64,000 bases of DNA. Origin: Cyanophora paradoxa CCMP329 (lineage: Eukaryota > Plantae > Glaucophyta). The position numbers were made by a program, and so were the translations under genes. The notes under the pieces were generated by a model. It made no database searches. It saw nothing but the letters and a program-made list of their open reading frames with translations, and had not been told where the DNA came from. This document shows, piece after piece, positions 58,101-64,000 of the stretch. Within the stretch, counting starts at the first letter, position 1; each line of letters opens with the position of its first letter. The stretch covers positions 62,001 to 126,000 of the forward strand of contig QPMI01000040.1 in assembly GCA_004431415.1 (NCBI GenBank), given 5' to 3'.

Positions 58101-58702
58101 GGCGGCGCGCACCTCGCGCTCGTCGCCGCCGTCCTCCTCCTCCCCCCGCCGAGTGGCGCGCCCGCCGCCTCGCCCTCCTCCGCCGCGCCCTCGCCGCCGG
58201 CGCCCGCCACGGGCCCGCTACGGCGCCCCGCCCGCCTCCGCCTCCTCCTCCTCCTCCTCCTCCTCCCGCGCCGCCCCGCCCTCCCCGGCCCCTCTTCCTC
58301 CTCCGCCCCCGCCGCGCCCGCGGCGGACTGGGGCGTGGCGGCGTCCGCCGCTTCTTCGGTCTGGCGTGCCTCGTCCGGCGCGAGTTCGGGGCCCGGCGGG
58401 GAGCGAGGCGGCCGGCGACGGCGACGCGGTGGCGGCGCTGTGCGAGCGCGTGCGCGCCGACGAGCGGCCCGTCCTCGCCTCCTCGCGCCGCATCGCCGAG
58501 GCCTACGCCGCCGCCTGCGCCGCCGCCGCCCCGCCCGCCGGCCCCGCCGCCCTCCTCGCCGCCCTCTTCCCCGGTGCGCCCCGTCCCCTCCAGATCGCTC
58601 GCCGCGCGCCGCTCTTCTGACGCTCGTGCAGAGGCGGCGGAGGAGGCGGCGGCGGAGGGCGGCCTGGAGGCCCTCGTCGAGCGCGCCGCCGGCGACCGCT
58701 GA
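55145..58702 (+). pseudogene. UBR4 3' fragment, long type with a divergent last intron and 3' flank
   Basis: Carries the long-type variants. The last intron reads gtgcgc...ctgacgctcgtgcag instead of gtccgc...ctgacgctcgctcgcgcag. Confidence 0.85.
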
Positions 58703-58835
58703 GCGGCGCGCGCTATCCGAACTGTAGATCTAGAGATATCTCGCAACTGACGTGTAGGTAGAAGAATCATACGTAGGAACTGCTCAGGAACCGTGAATTG
58801 AATCAAATTGAGTTTCCGCTGAGTTGCCTTCGCAG

Positions 58836-58871
<36 letters not shown>
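58836..58871. repeat. Poly-C tract (36 nt); similar tracts at about 4481-4509, 20634-20658 and 25948-25982
   Basis: Direct homopolymer run. Confidence 0.9.
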
Positions 58872-59051
58872 TTTTCATTACGTGTGCAATTGATAGATTC
58901 GATTGAAAAAGAGAAACCACTGCATGCGACCTACGCAAATGCCTAAGCTTACAAAACTAGCTCCACTAAATAATAATACACGCTTCTCCAGCGAAATGAG
59001 GCCGGGGCCATTCCAAGCACTGGCCACGGCCCCACTAGTCAAGCTCCATAA

Positions 59052-60920
59052 TCAGGGAGTTGGTGTCGGTGTGGGATCCACCGGCTTGGTGTAGAATATT
59101 TGACTGCCCTGAAGATGGCAGACGTACTGGTAGTTGTTCGCCCTCTGAACAGAGTGGTCCCACGCGTGGTCTAAATTCTTGTTGGGCAGGTTATAGGCGA
59201 TGTCGTTGGGAATCTGCAAGCACGTGCAGATCGCCATCTGGTTCCACCCCATTCCGATGCGGACGTCATTTAGGCCAGGGGCAGTGGCAGCGATGGTGCT
59301 GTTGCCCTGGTCCCAGGGCTGGTCGTTGCCATCGCAGGACTCGGGCCCGGACATAACACTGCCCTCGCCCATCGTGATGACGGTGTACGTGGTGCCGAGG
59401 GCAGTGTCGTCGCCGCACCGCTGGTAGAATGCGAGCATGGTGTCCGGCTTGGTCACGACGTACGTGTTCGCGTTCTTGCCCTTGCCTTTGTTCTGGGCGC
59501 GGTTGTTCCACCAGTTCGGAGTGAAGCTTGTCGTGTCGTTGGTACCGTCCGACGGGAAGTTCGCATTCGGATACGTCCACGGGTGTGCCGGCGGCCTGCT
59601 GGCCGCTGGCATGCACTGACCCGGTCCAAACGAGGATATATCGGGGTCTATCTCGTCCGACTGGCGGGCGACCTGCACGCGGATGGGCGACGTAATCCTG
59701 CCCGTGCTATCGAGGACGAAGCGGTTGACGGCGATGTTCAGGCCTCCGTTGGCGTTGAGCAGGCCCGTGCTCGTCACAGTGCCCGTGATCGAGATGAAGC
59801 CGGTCGTGAGGGTGTTGCCCGACTTGTCGACGACGAAGCGGTTCGTGTTGACCTGCAGGGCCAGGTTGTCTGATCCCATTGCGCTGTCCAGGCTGACGAC
59901 CTTGAGGTCGTGAAGCCAGCCAGCAGCTGCAGGATGCCCGTGCTCGTCAGCGTGCCCGTCACGCCCAGCGAGCCCGTCACCAGCGCGTTGCCCGAGACAT
60001 CGATCACGAACTTGTTGGCCATGATGTTGAGCCCGCCGTTCACGTTCAGCAGCCCCGTCGACGTCACCGTACCCGTCACGCCCACTGAGCCCGTCGACAG
60101 CGTGTTGCCGGACATGTCCACACTGAACCTATTCCAGAGGACGTTCAGACCACTGTTCGCGTTCAGGAGACCCGTGCTGGTCACAGTGCCGGTAATGCTC
60201 ATCGTTCCCGTCGCCAGCGCGCTGCCCGAGAAGTCCACGACGAACTGATTCCACATCACGTTCAGCCCGCCGTTCGCGTTCAGCAGTCCCGTGGAAGTCA
60301 CGGTCCCCGTCACCCCGACCATGCCCGTCGCCAGCGCGTTGCCCGAGAAATCAACCACGAACTGGTTCCACATCACGTTCAGCCCGCCGTTCGCGTTCAA
60401 GAGACCCGTGCTGGTCACAGTGCCTGTCACTCCGACCATGCCCGTCGCCAGCGCATTCCCGGACATGTCCACAATGAACTGATTCCAGAGGACATTCAGC
60501 CCGCCGTTCGCGTTTAGCAGCCCGTCGACGTCACGGTCCCCGTCACCCCGACTGTGCCCGTCGCCAACACATTTCCGGAGATGTCAACAGCGAACTGATT
60601 CCACCTGAGGTTCAAACCGCCATTCGCGTTGAGTAACCCAGTGCTGGTCACTGTACCAGTTACACCGACCAAGCCGGTCGCAAGCACAGTGCCTGCTCTG
60701 TCGACGGAGAACTTGTTGAACACCACATTCAAACCACCGTTCGCATTCAGAAGGCCCGTCGACGTCAAAGTGCCAGAGATTCCAATGGTGCCGGTGGCGC
60801 GGACATTTCCGGATAAGTCAACCACAAAACGGTTTCCATTCACGTTCAGCCCGCCGTTCGCGTTCAGCAGCCCCGTCGACGTCACGGTCCCGTCACCCCG
60901 ACCATGCCCGTCGCCAGCGC
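59052..60920 (-). CDS. C-terminal part of an intronless protein with about 10 tandem 39-aa beta-strand repeats and a Cys/Trp/Asn-rich C-terminal domain; 5' end truncated
   Basis: A 117-bp repeat encodes TGLLNANGGLNVxWNQFVVDxSGNALATGxVGVTGTVTS. The three ORFs (60514-60930, 59774-60472, 59052-59879) join into one frame if single-base homopolymer deletions near 60890, 60522 and 59905 are restored. Ends with PVDPTPTPTP* at 59052. Confidence 0.8.
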
Positions 60921-62963
60921 ATAGTGCCAAAATGTCGCCCCGGAAACAGCGTTTTCAGAAGGATCGGAAGGGAGCGCGCCCGGGCAGGCCTGACGGGCGG
61001 TCCCGGGGCGGACCTTCTCCGCGAGATCTAGAGCTGCTTGCGCTGCAGCTGGGCCCGCGGCCGTCCGCGCGCGCGCGCGGAGATCTAGAACATGTATCCT
61101 GTCCGTCGCCTTTAAAGATTTCGAATTCAGCGGTACGGGTGCGCATGCGCATGTACATGTCTCGCGCGCCGCGGCCGGCGCGCATGGGCGCGCGCCAATT
61201 CGTCTTTTTTTCCCGGTCGTCCCCCTGCGCTTCTCCCCCCCGTTCATTCCCCCGAATTGTTAGCCACCGGTGGCTAACTTGCGATCGAAGGGTACAGGGT
61301 TCGGCCTCCTGAAATTGATCTCATAGAAGAACGAGCTCTCTGTCTCTCTCGATCTGGCGCGCTCTACGCAGTCTAGGCGCCACTAATGGCGAGCTGCGGG
61401 GTCTACGAATGAGGGGACGGGGCCGGAGGCGAGGCGGAGGGTGGCGGCGGAGGGCGCCGCCGGCGGCGGCTCCAAGGCTCGGTCAGGCCGCCGCGAGACC
61501 CTCTCACGGGACGGCGCCCCGCGCCGCCCACCAGCAGCGACGCCCGCAGCGCAGGCTCCAGCGGGGCCGGCGGCGGCGCTAGGGCGAGGTCGAGGAGGGC
61601 GGGGACTCGCCGGGGAGGGCGCCGGCTAGGGCGGCAGGCCGGCGGCCTCGAGCTCCAGGCGGCGCTGCTCCTTCGAGAGCGCCGACGAGGCTGGACGCCG
61701 CCGAGCCGAGCCCGGCACCCTGCTCCGGGCGGCGTGGCGGGAGAGGAGGGCCGCGAGGGGCCGCGCGACGCCGCTGCCGGCCGAGCTGCAGGGGACGCTG
61801 CAGCGGCGGAGGGCGGCGACACGCCAGGCTCCGGAAGGCGCTGCTGCAGACTCTGAGAGGAAAGCGAAGAATCGCGATTAGATGGCGTTCACGGACTCGT
61901 AGCCAGAGCAGCGTACCGTGCTGCGCCGGGGTGTAGCTGCGCCGCCTGGGCGCGGTCGGTTGGAGGATCTGCCCGCAACTGCCGTAACTGCCGTAACTGC
62001 CGCCATGCCGTAACTGCCGTAACTGCCGCCAGCGCCGCGCGTCCGATCGCTTCCGCGTGAGCCACCGCTGCGCGCTTTGGAGTGAGGCGGGCGCGCTAAG
62101 CGGCCGGGCCTTGACGACGCACGGAATTCAGGTAGCTATAGCGCGCGTCGGGCGACGGGCTGCGAAAGTTGCGTGGCACCGGCGCCGCTGGGCCGCAGTG
62201 GGCGCCCGCTCCGGAGGGCGCCGCCATCGCCGTCGCTGCTGACCCGCACCGGCGGCAACATCGCCGCGCCTCGATTGCCGCTGCCCACCGGCACCGATTC
62301 AAGCAGGAATGGACAGCTGCGGTCTTCGGCCCCACGCTTCCCGCGCTGCCGATCCATTCTTGATGCGAGACCCGAGCCCGAAAAGCTGCGCTGGCATCTT
62401 GATTCTGGACCGATCTGTGGGGCTTCAGCGTGATAGAAAGCGGGTCTCTCAGCGTTCGCACCGGATGCGCGGCTGCTTGCCGACTCCTGGACATCTTGCG
62501 GCCATCGCTTCCAGCCATTGCCGTTGCTTCCGCCGCCTGGCTGTGCGGCGCGGGCCGTCTGGCTGTCCGCCCGCTCGCTTTGGAGCGAGATCTTGTCATC
62601 TTGCCCGCTGTGCAGCCCGGGGTACAGCCCGCTGTGCAGGCTCCTTCTGATCACGGCTTCAGCGATGCTTCTCTGCGATTTGGTACGCTCGCGTTCCTTC
62701 TCACTCGGCTCCTGTACCGCTCTGATCGCCGAGGCTCGCAGAGCTCGCTTCGCCTCGCGCGCGGCGCCGGCACATGTTCAACCGAAACACGCGCGCGCGA
62801 GCGGGGGCCTCGCGCCCGTCGGATCGCACACCATCGCCCTCGCTTGCGACTCTGCCGCATCATCGGAGAGCCCGCGGTGCCCGCGCCCGCCGAGCTCGAG
62901 GCCCGTCGACCCGTCGCGGCGCCGGCGCCGGCGGCGCGGTGCGGAGGAGGGCGCGCGGTGCGG

Positions 62964-64000
62964 CCGCATCTGGTCCGCCCCTCTCCCTCCTATCTCTTTC
63001 TCTTCTCACCGACGGAGGGGCAGCCGGGACCTGGACCTCTCGGCGCTGATCGAGGACGACAACGGGATGGAGCTGCTCGTGGCCGGCCAGATCGTCCGCC
63101 TCGACCTCTCCATCCGCCAGGCCGTCTTCCCCGCTTCTCCGCTTCTCCGGTTCTGAGAGGGCGGCGCCGGGGTACGTGCAGGTGTACGAGCAGGTCTGGC
63201 GGCGCTCGCTGGGGGCGACCAGGCCGGTGACGGCCCGCCCATGGTCGTCACCTACCGCCTCCAGGCGCGCCTCTCGGCCTCTCCCTCCATTCCTTCGCCC
63301 GCTGAGGGCGCGGGCAGGGCCTGGACGGTGAGGCTACAGAGCCGATCGTGGACGCGCTGGAGGACACGGCGGGGCCGGAGCGGGACCCCGAGGAGGAGTT
63401 CGCCGCCGCCGCCGTCATGGCCCCCTCCGGCGGCCTCGACGCCCTCCTCGCCCAGGCACGCGCACCCTCTCCCCTTCTGAGCCCAGCTCAGCTGATCTGA
63501 ACTCATCTGAGCTTAGATCCGGTCCTTCCGGACGCTGGACGTGAACGCCGACCTCGTCGCTCTCGTCCTGCGCCTCGCCCGCCACTGCGCCCTCCTCGCG
63601 CCAACCGCGCCCGCGTGCGCCCCGCCCCGCCGGCCCTCCCCCTCCCCCGCGCCGCCTCAGACGCCTCAGATGCTGGCGCTGGGCGGGGTACGCGTGCTCC
63701 TCGACGTGCTCCGCCTGGCCTTCGCGGACGAGCGCCACGCCGACGAGGTCCGGCGCGGCCGCGGCCCAGAGGCGACCCGGCCCCGTCTGATCTCCGGCGC
63801 CTCCGTCCCGCTCCGCAGGCCGAGGCGCTGCTGCTGACGCTGGAGAGCCTGGTGGAGGCGGCGACGGCGGCGGCGGTGGCGCCGGACGCGGCGGCGGCGG
63901 CCTCGGGCGGCGACCGCGAGCGCCTCAGCGACGCGGCGGTCGTCTCCAGCTCCGCATGTTCCTCGAGAAGGCCCGCCCGCCCGCCCTCCGTGCTCGTTCT
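62964..64000 (+). pseudogene. UBR4 3' fragment, partial unit cut by the window edge
   Basis: Same unit start and exons (RDLDLSALIEDDNGMELLV...QLRMFLEK). Confidence 0.85.

Larger units (their letters stand above)
24796..64000 (+). repeat. Head-to-tail tandem array of the UBR4 3' region plus downstream DNA (resident copy plus at least 7 more)
   Basis: The unit start ccgcatctggtccgcccc occurs at 24796, 30613, 34932, 39208, 43496, 49321, 55145 and 62964. Unit lengths are 5817, 4319, 4276, 4288, 5825, 5824 and 7819 bp, then a partial unit. Confidence 0.95.

Noticed and set aside
256-58938. Hundreds of long Arg/Pro/Gly/Ala-rich ORFs on both strands
   Set aside because: These are shadow frames caused by very high GC and scarce stop codons. 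The real genes are spliced.
29625-60920. CRISPR array or rDNA interpretation of the repeats
   Set aside because: The 9-bp repeat has no spacers, the 117-bp repeat is protein-coding, and the kilobase units contain no rRNA motifs.

Overview
This is very GC-rich, intron-dense eukaryotic DNA. The short introns, frequent GC-AG introns and an MxAFV...SFFG transit peptide point to a glaucophyte alga such as Cyanophora (inference). The ORF track mostly misses the real genes because they are spliced. Left half: an orphan acidic, low-complexity gene (minus, ATG 2036), Nup35/Nup53 (plus, 2367-3947), a small Helitron-like element (about 3988-4331) carrying an inverted relic of the UBR4 last exon, a six-exon plastid-targeted DUF3598/calycin-like gene (minus, 6082-4684), and a 22 kb, roughly 50-intron UBR4/BIG E3 ligase gene (plus, 6279-28366). 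Right half: a head-to-tail array of at least 7 extra copies of the UBR4 3' end plus about 2.2 kb of downstream DNA. Three copies are short (about 4.3 kb, hemiRING deleted), three are long (hemiRING kept, diverged from the resident gene mostly at synonymous sites), and the last is cut by the window edge. The sixth copy is interrupted by an intronless gene fragment encoding 39-aa beta-strand fibre-like repeats. Scattered 1-bp homopolymer indels look like long-read errors, so copy number and frame integrity need read-level confirmation. No rRNA, tRNA or CRISPR features were found.
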